Shown here in pieces: positions 1 through 10,360 of a stretch of DNA of 64,000 nucleotides. A program made the translations under genes and the position numbers. Source of the stretch: an uncultured bacterium (GTDB lineage: Bacteria; Fidelibacterota; Marinisomatia; Marinisomatales; UBA1611); the NCBI GenBank assembly GCA_965660855.1, contig CBFIBM010000001.1, forward strand, positions 224,001 to 288,000, given 5' to 3'. Every line of letters starts with the position of its first letter. Position 1 is the first letter of the stretch. The notes beneath the pieces are model-generated. The model made no database searches. It was not told the DNA's origin and was given only the letters and a program-made list of their open reading frames with translations.

Positions 1-1
1 T

Positions 2-418
2 ACCTACCCTCTTATCTAGTCCATATTTGACCAAGGTTGCACCAAGTGCAAGAGAACCGGCAATAAACCAAACTGCATCATGTGCATAAGTAAGAGCTAT
101 AGTTTTTGGAGCTGTAATGCCAAAAAATAATTGGATCAACCCAATTAATAAAGCTACCGCAGGCATTGGGACTGCTTCAGTTGCGAAAAATACCACACAT
201 GTTGCAAGAAGAGCGATTGTAAGCTGAATATGTTTTGCTTTCAATGCTACATCAATTGAACTATCCATTCCAAAAAGACTTGTTGCTTTTGCAAGCATTG
301 AATCTGGAGTAGGAAGAATGATGCCTATTAGAATAAAAATTATCACACCAATTCCAAACCATTTGAAATCAGTCGTTTTGGCGAAACCGCCGCTGTTATT
401 TTCGTTTGATTGACTCAT
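2..418 (-). CDS. DASS/SLC13 family anion:Na+ symporter, N-terminal part (runs off window edge)
   Basis: Manual translation from ATG at 418: MSQSNENNSGGFAKTTDFKWFG...FFATEAVPMPAVALL...AVWFIAGSLALGATLVKYGLDKR; hydrophobic, with TEAVP and GLDKR motifs typical of DASS. Confidence 0.75.
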   Translation of the reverse strand, partial: MSQSNENNSGGFAKTTDFKWFGIGVIIFILIGIILPTPDSMLAKATSLFGMDSSIDVALKAKHIQLTIALLATCVVFFATEAVPMPAVALLIGLIQLFFGITAPKTIALTYAHDAVWFIAGSLALGATLVKYGLDKRVG

Positions 419-529
419 AAGTAATATAAAATTGGCACACATAAAATTTAAAATCAACCTTTTGAAAAAAAAATATATAATACCCTACATTTCATATTTT
501 ATCTCTATTTATTAGATTCTATTGATAAT

Positions 530-1828
530 ATGAATCATCTAGTTAAGATTACATTATTTATATTCACATTGCTTTCTAGTAAAGATAGTTCTGATGTAAA
601 ATATTTTCATTCATCTATAATGAAAATACCTAATCTATCTTTTTTAGAAAGGACCTATAGTGGCTTAGATATTTTAGAGCAGATGGACTTCTCTCCATTA
701 AAAGATAAAAAAATTGCCATCTTAACAAATCACACTGCAGTAAACAGAAATGGTGATCACATACTTGACCTTATTCATCATGCAGCCAATTCTGAAATAT
801 CATTCATATTAGAATTTGAAAATGGATTATGGGGGGTGGATGATAAAAGATCTAAATTGATTGGCAGAGCAAATATTGAACCTCTTCATAATGCACCCAT
901 ACTAGATTTGTTTAATACATATGTTTATCCACCTCATTGGGTAATGGATAAAATAGATCTTGTATTGGTTGATTTTCAAGATACTGGAAGTCGTTATTCA
1001 ACATATATAGCAACATTGTCAAAGGTTTTTGAGAGTGCTTCCAATCATGAAAAACAAGTAATTCTCCTTGATAGGCCAAATCCAATTAGAGGCGATATAT
1101 TGGATGGTCCAATACCTAGAATAGAATATCAGTCTTTCGAATCTTACCATTTACTTCCAATAAGGCATGGATTAACATATGGAGAAATTTCCATTCTAAT
1201 AAATGAAATGGGTTGGATAAAAGATTCGAAAAGAGTAGATCTTACAGTTATTCCTATGGCAAATTGGAAAAGAGATTATTGGTTTTCTGAAACTAAATTA
1301 ATTTGGCGTAATCCAAAGCCATCAATAAAAAATGAAAATACATTATTAGCATATAATGGCTTTGATTTATTTCGAGGAACCAACATGAATATTGGTTTTG
1401 GAACTGAAGATCCTTATTTGATAGTTGGCTCACCATGGTTATCCACATCATTTTTATTAGATAAAATTAGATCAATTGGTCTCAAAGGTGTCAAGTTTGA
1501 AGAAATTTATTATAGGCCAAGTGGTTCTATAAACCAAGAGCGAATACCAAAATATGATGGTCAATCGTGCAGTGGAATACAAATAATTATTACCAATCGT
1601 GATACTTTTAAACCACTAAAAGTAGCAACAACAATATTATTTTTAATTAATCAGCTCCATCCAAGGGAGTTTCAATGGGAGAAGAATGACTATATAGATA
1701 AACTTTTTGGTTCGAATGAATTAAGAATTTTAACTGCACAAAAAAAACCGGCATCGCACTTAGCCGCAATATGGTCAAAAGATATTTACAAGTTTAGCGA
1801 ATTTAGAAAGAGGTTTTTGATCTATTGA
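530..1828 (+). CDS. DUF1343 / NamZ (YbbC)-like exo-beta-N-acetylmuramidase family protein
   Basis: LTNHTAV, DFQDTGSRYSTY, LDRPNP, IRHGLTYGE motifs; the usual PEHG motif reads FENG here. Confidence 0.8.
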   Translation: MNHLVKITLFIFTLLSSKDSSDVKYFHSSIMKIPNLSFLERTYSGLDILEQMDFSPLKDKKIAILTNHTAVNRNGDHILDLIHHAANSEISFILEFENGLWGVDDKRSKLIGRANIEPLHNAPILDLFNTYVYPPHWVMDKIDLVLVDFQDTGSRYSTYIATLSKVFESASNHEKQVILLDRPNPIRGDILDGPIPRIEYQSFESYHLLPIRHGLTYGEISILINEMGWIKDSKRVDLTVIPMANWKRDYWFSETKLIWRNPKPSIKNENTLLAYNGFDLFRGTNMNIGFGTEDPYLIVGSPWLSTSFLLDKIRSIGLKGVKFEEIYYRPSGSINQERIPKYDGQSCSGIQIIITNRDTFKPLKVATTILFLINQLHPREFQWEKNDYIDKLFGSNELRILTAQKKPASHLAAIWSKDIYKFSEFRKRFLIY

Positions 1829-3420
1829 TAAAATTTATTTTAGTTTTATTTGTGATAATTTCGCCTGTTTTTACTCAAATATTACCAACAATTCCCAAAA
1901 ATGTATTTAGGTTCTCAACTGGATACTATCATAATACTGGTGAATGGATTTTAAATAATCAGCATTTTAACTTAAATGGAATTGGTAGAAGATATTTTAA
2001 TGATAAAATTTATGATGAGTACGGGGTTTTTAACTCTAATCATGATTTATTCTTTTTAGGATCCACTAAACTTGATAGTAATAATACATTTGATCTTAAT
2101 TATATGGGAGATGATATTTTAGATACAGCTTCAACTGTAGAAGACTGGCTTATAAAATTTAATAATTACTATGGATTCAATTTACCTACTTTAAGTGAGC
2201 AGAATATTGATACAAATAATAGAATTTTGATTGAGGGATCTTTTGATGAAAAAAGGAAAAGAGATTTTTATGGAAAAACCTTCAAATTAGAATATGGTAT
2301 GTCTGATGAAATTACATTATCTATTTCAACATCTATTTTTGATAAATTCATTATTAATCAAAGTTTTTCAAATTATAATGTCGGTAAAGCAAATAACGTA
2401 GAGGAGCTAATTGACTATCATTTTGAAACGAAATCAGTGTTTAAAAACTTTATTGAATCAAATACTTTTTCAAATTTGCAAGGAGATATAAGAAATACAT
2501 TGAACATGATTTATGATTATTATTTTAGAAATAACAGTCCATTCTCAGTTAATTGGATATTCCATTCTTTAGATGACCCCATAAATAATTTAATAATTGA
2601 TGATAAAATGAAACCTTTAGAATTAACAGATGATGATAGTATTTCTTTCCAAGAACTAATTCAGTATTATTACCCCAAAAGAAAAATATCATCCGGAATT
2701 GATGATATTAGTATTGGTGCCACGGTTTTACTTAGTGGAAATCCTGCATGGAGAACAGGTGTAAAAGGCAATGCCTTTTATGGTAATTTTAATTTATCAA
2801 TTCCTTATGGTTCGACAATTGCTTCATTTAAATCAAATGGTGTAAGAACAAAACAATTTAAGCAAATAAATATTGGAAATGGGGCATTAGGTTACGGGTT
2901 GGGTTTTCTTGCTGAAAGAAAAATTAAATCAAAAAATAATTCTAGAATATTTTTTTCAAGCCTGATTCAATTTTTTTCTGATGCAACATTAAATACTCCA
3001 GTTCAACTTTTTTCTGGTGGACATAGTAACCCTGATACAATACTGAGCCATATTGGAAACACTTATAAATTTAAAAAAGGATTAATTTTAGATACACAAT
3101 TAGGTGGAGAGACTGAAATAGTAAAAAACCGATTGATAATCAAATATAATTTTAATTTTAAAAGTAAAAATAAAGATGAATACATCTCAAATAGCGTTGA
3201 CTGGAATCAATGGATGGAATCTCATAATGGTTACTCATCAGCCTATAAAATTTTCAAAGTAGGATCAGAATTTTGGATTGTCAATTCTACCTCTAAAAAT
3301 AAAATTGGTCCATTTTTATTTGATATTTATGCTGGATTTAATAGCTCAATTTTTTCAGAACATCACTATATTGAAAACAGATTATATAGTGGAATTACAA
3401 CATATTTTCAAGGATGGTAG
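1825..3420 (+). CDS. Hypothetical secreted / outer-membrane protein
   Basis: Signal peptide ending VFT|Q, beta-strand-like C-terminus ending in W; start overlaps upstream stop. Confidence 0.55.
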   Translation: MIKFILVLFVIISPVFTQILPTIPKNVFRFSTGYYHNTGEWILNNQHFNLNGIGRRYFNDKIYDEYGVFNSNHDLFFLGSTKLDSNNTFDLNYMGDDILDTASTVEDWLIKFNNYYGFNLPTLSEQNIDTNNRILIEGSFDEKRKRDFYGKTFKLEYGMSDEITLSISTSIFDKFIINQSFSNYNVGKANNVEELIDYHFETKSVFKNFIESNTFSNLQGDIRNTLNMIYDYYFRNNSPFSVNWIFHSLDDPINNLIIDDKMKPLELTDDDSISFQELIQYYYPKRKISSGIDDISIGATVLLSGNPAWRTGVKGNAFYGNFNLSIPYGSTIASFKSNGVRTKQFKQINIGNGALGYGLGFLAERKIKSKNNSRIFFSSLIQFFSDATLNTPVQLFSGGHSNPDTILSHIGNTYKFKKGLILDTQLGGETEIVKNRLIIKYNFNFKSKNKDEYISNSVDWNQWMESHNGYSSAYKIFKVGSEFWIVNSTSKNKIGPFLFDIYAGFNSSIFSEHHYIENRLYSGITTYFQGW

Positions 3421-3426
3421 TAATTA

Positions 3427-4692
3427 ATGAATAAAAAGAGAGTATGGAGTTGGGCTTTTTATGATTGGGCTAACTCAACATTTTATACAACAGTTGTTGC
3501 CGGATTTTTTCCAATATTTTTTGAAAAATATTGGTCAAATCCTTCAGATGTAGTCCAAAGTACATATCAATTGGGTATGGCTAACTCACTCGCATCGATA
3601 ATTGTTGCATTTCTATCTCCATTCCTTGGAGCTATGGCAGATAGAGGTTCTGCAAAAAAGAAATTTTTAATTATTTTTGCATTTTTTGGAGCACTAATGA
3701 CAAGTGGTCTATTTATTGTTAAGCAGGGTGAATGGGAATTAGCAGTAATTATCTATGTACTTGCGACAATTGGGTTTATGTCAGGAAATATTTTTTATGA
3801 TTCACTCTTAACAGATGTGGCAGAAAAAAAAGATTGGAATTATGTTTCTTCTTTAGGGTACGCATTGGGGTATTTAGGAGGTGGTATTTTATTTGCCATC
3901 AATGTGGGGATGTATTTAAACCCACAAATTTTTGGAATATCTGATTCCGCTACTGCAATAAAAATTTCATTTATAACTGTTTCTGTTTGGGTTATAGTCT
4001 TTACTATTCCAATAATTTTATTTGTACCTGAACCAAATGTTTCAAATTCGGTTCCTCTTAGAATAGCTTTTTTTGAGGGATATAAAGAGTTAAAGATTAC
4101 TTTTACTAAAATAAGAAATATGAAAGTTCTAGGAACATTTCTTTTTTCATATTGGTTATATATTGACGGTGTAGATACTATTATTAAAATGACTGTAAAA
4201 ATGGCATCCTCTCTTGGTTTTGAAACTTCAGACTTAATTATAGCTCTTCTTATGGTTCAATTCATAGCATTTCCAGCAGCAATTTTATATAATATTTTTT
4301 CTGAAAAAATTGGTGCAAAAAATGCAATATTTGTTGCTATAGGGGGATATACTATAGTGACTTTTTTAGCATATTTTATGGTTTCAAAAACTCACTTATA
4401 TATTCTAGCTGCAATGATTGGACTTTTTCAAGGTGGTATTCAAGCATTAAGTAGGAGCTTATACGCTAAATTGATACCTAAGAATAAAGAGACTGAGTTT
4501 TTTGGCTTTTTTAATATGTTGGGAAAATTTGCTGCAATTCTAGGTCCGTTTTTGATGGGATGGGTGACCTTGCAAACAGGCAACGTTCGCATTGGTATTT
4601 TATCAATTTTAATTTTATTCATTTCAGGAGCTTTTTTTCTTTACAAAGTTGATTTTGAACAGGGTGAAATAGACGCAAACAAAATATATTAG
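3427..4692 (+). CDS. MFS transporter, UMF1/Atg22-like family
   Basis: WAFYDWANS N-terminal motif, QALSRSLY, EFFGFF, about 12 TM segments. Confidence 0.85.
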   Translation: MNKKRVWSWAFYDWANSTFYTTVVAGFFPIFFEKYWSNPSDVVQSTYQLGMANSLASIIVAFLSPFLGAMADRGSAKKKFLIIFAFFGALMTSGLFIVKQGEWELAVIIYVLATIGFMSGNIFYDSLLTDVAEKKDWNYVSSLGYALGYLGGGILFAINVGMYLNPQIFGISDSATAIKISFITVSVWVIVFTIPIILFVPEPNVSNSVPLRIAFFEGYKELKITFTKIRNMKVLGTFLFSYWLYIDGVDTIIKMTVKMASSLGFETSDLIIALLMVQFIAFPAAILYNIFSEKIGAKNAIFVAIGGYTIVTFLAYFMVSKTHLYILAAMIGLFQGGIQALSRSLYAKLIPKNKETEFFGFFNMLGKFAAILGPFLMGWVTLQTGNVRIGILSILILFISGAFFLYKVDFEQGEIDANKIY

Positions 4693-4774
4693 AAATAATA
4701 TGCTAATTGTTCTTCTTTTTATAAATCTATCTTAAACTTGATAGTGTTTACCTAACAAATGCGCAGGATTAAAA

Positions 4775-5167
4775 ATGATAATTACTAGATATTCTCAACT
4801 TGTAATGCCACAAGATGCAAATGTTGTTGGAACCCTATTTGGTGGCCAAATGGTTTCATGGATGGATATATCTGCCTCGAAAGCTGTTCATAGATTTTTA
4901 AAAGATACAAAAGCTGAACTTGCTTTGACTCGTGCAATTGATGCAATAGAATTCAAAGAACCTGTCTATGTTGGTAATTGGGTGAACTTCGAAGCAAAAA
5001 TTTTAGAGACTGGGAAGTCATCTATTGTAATTCAAATAAATGCTTTTAAAGAATCACATCATATTGAAAAAGTATTAGCTTGTAAAGCAACTTTTACGTT
5101 TGTTTCAGTAAAGAAAAATACTGACGGGACATTTATGAAGGTTAATCATAATAAAAAACCAGAATAA
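4775..5167 (+). CDS. Acyl-CoA thioesterase (hotdog fold, YciA-like)
   Basis: DANVVGTLFGGQMVSWMD motif. Confidence 0.85.
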   Translation: MIITRYSQLVMPQDANVVGTLFGGQMVSWMDISASKAVHRFLKDTKAELALTRAIDAIEFKEPVYVGNWVNFEAKILETGKSSIVIQINAFKESHHIEKVLACKATFTFVSVKKNTDGTFMKVNHNKKPE

Positions 5168-5190
5168 AATTTGAATACAGGAATAAGGTA

Positions 5191-7113
5191 ATGAATGAAA
5201 ATATAATGAAAACAAACATTAATAATGTTAAAACCGAAAATGATTATAAAAATTTTTATACTAATTCTATTAAAGATCCAAAATCATTTTGGGATAAAAA
5301 AGCACATAGGCTTAATTGGTTCAAAAAATGGGAGGATGTCAGTAAAACGAATTTTAGAACTGGAGAAATTCAATGGTTTATTGGTGGTGAATTGAATGCT
5401 TCGTATAATTGTATCGATAGACATATTGAAAATGGATTTGGGGAAGATAATGCAATTATCTGGGAGGGAAATGATCCAGGACACTCAATAACAATAACTT
5501 ATAATCAATTACTAAAAAAAGTATCTCAATTCGCTAACGCATTGAAAGAATTAAATGTACGAAAAGGTGATAGAGTTTGTCTATACATGCAAATGATTCC
5601 TGAGCTGGCTATTGCTATCTTAGCCTGCGCCCGTATTGGTGCTGTTCATTCTGTAGTATTTGGTGCATTTTCGAGTGACTCTTTAAAAGATCGGATTAAT
5701 GATTCTAAATGTAAAATTCTTGTTACCCAAGATACAGGTGTAAGAGGAGAGAAAAATAATATTCCCATGAAAGTAAATGCTGATCAGGCAGTTATGGAGA
5801 CCCCATCAATAGAAAATGTAATTGTCGTTCGAAGAACAGGTGAACCTATTAATATGGATTCAAAAAAAGATATTTGGTGGCATGAAGCAATTTCTGGAGT
5901 TTCTTCAAAATGTAAGCCTGAAATAATGGGATCTGAAGACCCTTTGTTTATACTATATACTTCTGGGTCTACAGGAAAACCTAAAGGCGTATTACATACT
6001 ACTGGAGGCTATCTCACTTATGTCTCTTATACACATGAAATTATATTTAATTATAAACCAGGGGATATATATTGGTGTACAGCAGATTTAGGTTGGATAA
6101 CCGGACATTCATATATTATTTATGGACCACTTTCTAATAGAGCAACTTCAATAATGTTTGAAGGTGTTCCTAATTTCCCCGATTTTGGTAGATTTTGGGA
6201 CACAGTACAAAAACATAAAGTTAACCAATTTTATACCGCCCCAACCGCATTGAGAGCTCTTATGAAAGAAGGTAATTCATGGATTGAAAATAAAGACTTA
6301 TCATCGCTAAAAATACTTGGAACAGTAGGTGAGCCTATAAAAGAGCCAGAATGGAATTGGTATAACAGAGAAATAGGAAAAAATAATTGCCCAATTGTAG
6401 ATACATGGTGGCAAACTGAGACGGGAGGAATATTAATTTCGCCAATACCTGGAATTATTAAAACAAAACCAGGTTCTGCAACCTATCCACTTCCTGGAAT
6501 TGAACCGGTTTTACTTGATGATAATGGGAATGAAATATCAGGAAATAATGTGGCAGGTCTTTTAGCTATCAAATCTTCATGGCCTGGTCAGATGAGAACT
6601 ATTTATGGTGATCATAATCGGTTCTTAGATGTATATTTTTCAAAATTTCAAGGATATTATTTTACTGGAGATGGAGCTAAAAGAGATAAGGATGGCTATT
6701 ATTGGATAACTGGAAGAGTTGATGATGTATTAAATGTTTCAGGGCACAGAATAGGTACTGCTGAGGTAGAGGGAGCGATTGGTAAAACAAAAGGGGTTGC
6801 AGAAGCAGCAGTTGTTGGTTTTTCACATGATATTAAAGGTCAGGGTATTTATTCATTTGTAACACTAATGACTGGAGTTACTCAATCAAAAGAAATCCAT
6901 AGTAATATATTAGATACGGTTGCAAAAGAAATTGGACCACATGCAAAACCTGATAAAATACATTTTACACAATCACTTCCTAAAACTAGATCGGGTAAAA
7001 TAATGCGAAGAATATTAAGAAATATTGCAGAGGGGAATATCGATAATATGGGAGATATTTCAACTTTATCTGACCCTAGTGTTGTGAAGAATCTTATTTC
7101 AGATTTGCAGTAA
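5191..7113 (+). CDS. acs: Acetate--CoA ligase
   Basis: YTSGSTGKPKG, DTWWQTETGG, LPKTRSGKIMRR. Confidence 0.95.
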   Translation: MNENIMKTNINNVKTENDYKNFYTNSIKDPKSFWDKKAHRLNWFKKWEDVSKTNFRTGEIQWFIGGELNASYNCIDRHIENGFGEDNAIIWEGNDPGHSITITYNQLLKKVSQFANALKELNVRKGDRVCLYMQMIPELAIAILACARIGAVHSVVFGAFSSDSLKDRINDSKCKILVTQDTGVRGEKNNIPMKVNADQAVMETPSIENVIVVRRTGEPINMDSKKDIWWHEAISGVSSKCKPEIMGSEDPLFILYTSGSTGKPKGVLHTTGGYLTYVSYTHEIIFNYKPGDIYWCTADLGWITGHSYIIYGPLSNRATSIMFEGVPNFPDFGRFWDTVQKHKVNQFYTAPTALRALMKEGNSWIENKDLSSLKILGTVGEPIKEPEWNWYNREIGKNNCPIVDTWWQTETGGILISPIPGIIKTKPGSATYPLPGIEPVLLDDNGNEISGNNVAGLLAIKSSWPGQMRTIYGDHNRFLDVYFSKFQGYYFTGDGAKRDKDGYYWITGRVDDVLNVSGHRIGTAEVEGAIGKTKGVAEAAVVGFSHDIKGQGIYSFVTLMTGVTQSKEIHSNILDTVAKEIGPHAKPDKIHFTQSLPKTRSGKIMRRILRNIAEGNIDNMGDISTLSDPSVVKNLISDLQ

Positions 7114-10100
7114 GTTTATTATTCATTTTTCTTATTCTTTTTGAAAGAATTTTAACTATTTGTTTCATTATTTTATTGCTTGAAGCCATCAATTCATAAA
7201 ATACAAATTGGTTAATCTCTAACAATATACATTCGCTTATACAAATTGCATCTGCTGACCTTGGTTCTTGATCTAATAATGCCATTTCGCCAATACTCAT
7301 TCCAGTTTCTAAAGATGCAATCTCTTCTCCATCTTTGATAATATTAATTTTACCTTTTACAATTACGTACATTGACTCTCCGTGATCACCTTCAAGAAAT
7401 AATTGGAAACCCTCAGGCCTGTGAATCTCTTTAGTTATTTGACCAATTTTCGCAAGTAAATCACCTGGAATTTCTTTAAAAAGGTCAATTGATTTTAAAA
7501 TTAATGTTTTTTCTATTATTGAATACATGCTTGTGTCCTTTTTTAATGAATTTGCACTTCTTAAAAAGTTATTTTTTATGTATGATTTTTGATTATTTTG
7601 AAGGTATCCTTGACATAAAAATTTTGAATTAACTTTATCCCAATTAATTTTTTTTAATATTCTTGTACTCTCATTTTTTAGCAAATAATCTAGAGTTATT
7701 ACCTTTTTCCAATGAATATTATTTTCAACCCAACTTTTTAAAATAGATTCTTCACCAACCTTATCAATATCATAATTCTTTTTATTTTCTATGTCTAATT
7801 TCATATCTGGATCCATAAGTGTCAGTAAAATTGATTTTGCATTTTTGGAAAACGTTGTATCGATTAATTCTAGAATTACGGGTAAAAAAACTTTGTTTTT
7901 AGTTTTAACATATCTGATATACTTTTCTAATGGAATGCTAGAGTTTCTTATTGTTCCAAGTTTAATTAAACAAATAATAAAAATTTCAATTTCATTTTCT
8001 ATCTCATGAATTAATAAAGTGGTATTTTTCTGCTTTATTAAATCCAATTTCAAAAAATATAACATCAAAGCTTTTTTAGAAATTTTTATAATCTTACTCT
8101 CAATTTTTTCATGAACAGTATTTTCAAGATTATTACTTTTTGATATTAAAATCATAGCATTAGAAGCTTCAGATATAATTAAAGAATCATTATGGTCTAA
8201 AAAGAAAATTAATTGACTTATAAAAGTTTTATCAATTACCTTATTTCCGAATTTTAATATTTCAACTATAATTCGTCTATCAGTTTTTTGGTTTTTTAAA
8301 ATCGCTTTTATTTTTTCTTGGGAAAATTTTTTGGGTAACATATAAAGTGATCTTAATGCATTTTTCTTTAATTTTGGATTTAGTATAGATTCGAAAATCA
8401 TTTCAAAAAATATTTCATCTGGTTTTTCTTTAATAATCTCCAAAATGATATTTTTGATATTTATATTATTCTTATAATAGATATTTATAAGCTCATCTTT
8501 TGTCAAAAGATTGGGATAATTTTTAACATTCAATAACATTCCCTTCAAAACTGTAGAGTCACTACTATTTTTTATCTTTTTAAATACTTTTATAGCATTT
8601 TTATTTTCACTATCATTTTCTAAAAGGACTACAGCAGCACAAATAGAGGTTACTTTATTCTTATCTTTTAAAATTTTTGATAAGATATTACTCAGGCCAT
8701 TTATTTTTCTGTCATGTGCACAGTGAATTGCTTTTTCTGAAAGAATATTATCCTCTTTAATAAGATTCATTATTAAACTATTTTTTATTATATTTTTATT
8801 ATTCCACGTTAACTCTAATATTGCTCTTTTAACCGTTGTAGAACCATCTATAAATAATTTTCTAATTGTATTTTTCCAGTGTTCTAAAGGAATTTCCCAT
8901 AAAAGGTCAATAGCATATAATTGTTTTAATTCATCGTTACTATTAAGAGCACTATCAATTGTCTCAATAATTTTTTCATCATCAAGATCAATTTTTATTT
9001 TATCTAAACTTAATTGCCTACTTTCTATTGAATCTAAGAGAGACTCTATATAACCTTTCCTTAATTGAAAACAGTTATAAATCCACAAAATAATCAGAAT
9101 CAAAATTATATAGCTAAAAAAAGTAACGTCTTTTTCTGAAATGAAATCAAAAAAAATAAACACAAATATTATTAACCCTGAAATACCTTCAGAAAAAGAT
9201 TTTAAGGAACCATCAATTATTGGTTTGAACTTTTGTTTTTTAAACTTTGAGACTGGTAACCAAAGAATTTCCTTCATTGTACTGTTAGTAGAGAATTTTA
9301 TAACCTGATCAGAAAATTTTGTAAAAAAAATAGCTGATAAATTTTTAAATAATAGAAAACTAGATGAGCCTATTAAAATTGTCGAGGGTAATAATATTAA
9401 GACTGTCAGGACTCCAAAGTTTCTTAATAAATAACTGGATAAAAAAAATTGAAATATCAATGTTGTTAAACCTGTTAAAGCATAATAATTACCAAAAAAA
9501 GATACTAGCTCATAATCAGTACTATAAAAGTTGGTAGCTGTAATTTTAAATTGATAATCAATAATTTTTGTTATAAAAGAAGAAAGAACCACTAGAATTG
9601 CTATGTTCTTAATATAAGGCTCTATCGTTGAGATCGGTATTTCATCTTTTTGCGATAAATTATTTTCTATGTTTTGATTTTGTAACTGAAAAGGCCGGAT
9701 GAGCGTAGTTAAGTAAGATGAAATAATAATAAGAAATATTGATATATAAAGAAGACTTTCTACTCCATATAAATTTGAAAATGGCTGAATAAAATATCCT
9801 GCCAGAAGACTAGCAACAGATCCACCTGAAATAATTATTGTAAAAATACGTTTTGCTTGACGAGAATTAAAAACTTCTCCAGCAATCACCCAAAATTGCA
9901 TAACAGAAATTCCCATGAAAATTTCGAAAATAACATAAAATATGGGAATTTTATAAGTTGTCAGGTCAAACGTAAAAAAAATAAAAAAAATAAAAAAAAT
10001 TGAGTTAAAAATTAGCATGACACTAATTTGATCTTTTAAAATGGACAACTTTCTGTAAAATATTACAAAAAATGTCATAAATAATGCAGTAAATACATAC

Positions 10101-10252
10101 ATCAAAGGAAGAGCTGACTTATTATAATGAGTAAGAAAAATTGATTCTTTTAAGGTAGAACCTGCAATACTAGAAAAAATAATACTGAAAAAGCTAATGA
10201 ACAGAATTACAGCAGGAAAAATCTCTTCTTTTTTTATATTTATCAGTTTCAT
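7094..10252 (-). CDS. Npt/TLC-like (ATP/ADP translocase-like) MFS domain + HEAT-like repeats + cNMP-binding domain
   Basis: N-terminal TM block with QFW...FNSRQAKRIF and IIDYQFK; helical middle; C-terminal GEMALLDQEPRSA cNMP motif; 20-bp convergent overlap with acs. Confidence 0.75.
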   Translation of the reverse strand: MKLINIKKEEIFPAVILFISFFSIIFSSIAGSTLKESIFLTHYNKSALPLMYVFTALFMTFFVIFYRKLSILKDQISVMLIFNSIFFIFFIFFTFDLTTYKIPIFYVIFEIFMGISVMQFWVIAGEVFNSRQAKRIFTIIISGGSVASLLAGYFIQPFSNLYGVESLLYISIFLIIISSYLTTLIRPFQLQNQNIENNLSQKDEIPISTIEPYIKNIAILVVLSSFITKIIDYQFKITATNFYSTDYELVSFFGNYYALTGLTTLIFQFFLSSYLLRNFGVLTVLILLPSTILIGSSSFLLFKNLSAIFFTKFSDQVIKFSTNSTMKEILWLPVSKFKKQKFKPIIDGSLKSFSEGISGLIIFVFIFFDFISEKDVTFFSYIILILIILWIYNCFQLRKGYIESLLDSIESRQLSLDKIKIDLDDEKIIETIDSALNSNDELKQLYAIDLLWEIPLEHWKNTIRKLFIDGSTTVKRAILELTWNNKNIIKNSLIMNLIKEDNILSEKAIHCAHDRKINGLSNILSKILKDKNKVTSICAAVVLLENDSENKNAIKVFKKIKNSSDSTVLKGMLLNVKNYPNLLTKDELINIYYKNNINIKNIILEIIKEKPDEIFFEMIFESILNPKLKKNALRSLYMLPKKFSQEKIKAILKNQKTDRRIIVEILKFGNKVIDKTFISQLIFFLDHNDSLIISEASNAMILISKSNNLENTVHEKIESKIIKISKKALMLYFLKLDLIKQKNTTLLIHEIENEIEIFIICLIKLGTIRNSSIPLEKYIRYVKTKNKVFLPVILELIDTTFSKNAKSILLTLMDPDMKLDIENKKNYDIDKVGEESILKSWVENNIHWKKVITLDYLLKNESTRILKKINWDKVNSKFLCQGYLQNNQKSYIKNNFLRSANSLKKDTSMYSIIEKTLILKSIDLFKEIPGDLLAKIGQITKEIHRPEGFQLFLEGDHGESMYVIVKGKINIIKDGEEIASLETGMSIGEMALLDQEPRSADAICISECILLEINQFVFYELMASSNKIMKQIVKILSKRIRKMNNKLTANLK

Positions 10253-10360
10253 TTATATGAATTTAATAGTCTTTAACTTCGAAGTAATAGTGTATTCCTA
10301 TTAGGATTATGCACTAGATTCTAATGTTATTTTTTGATTTAATTAATAGAAGGAATCTAA

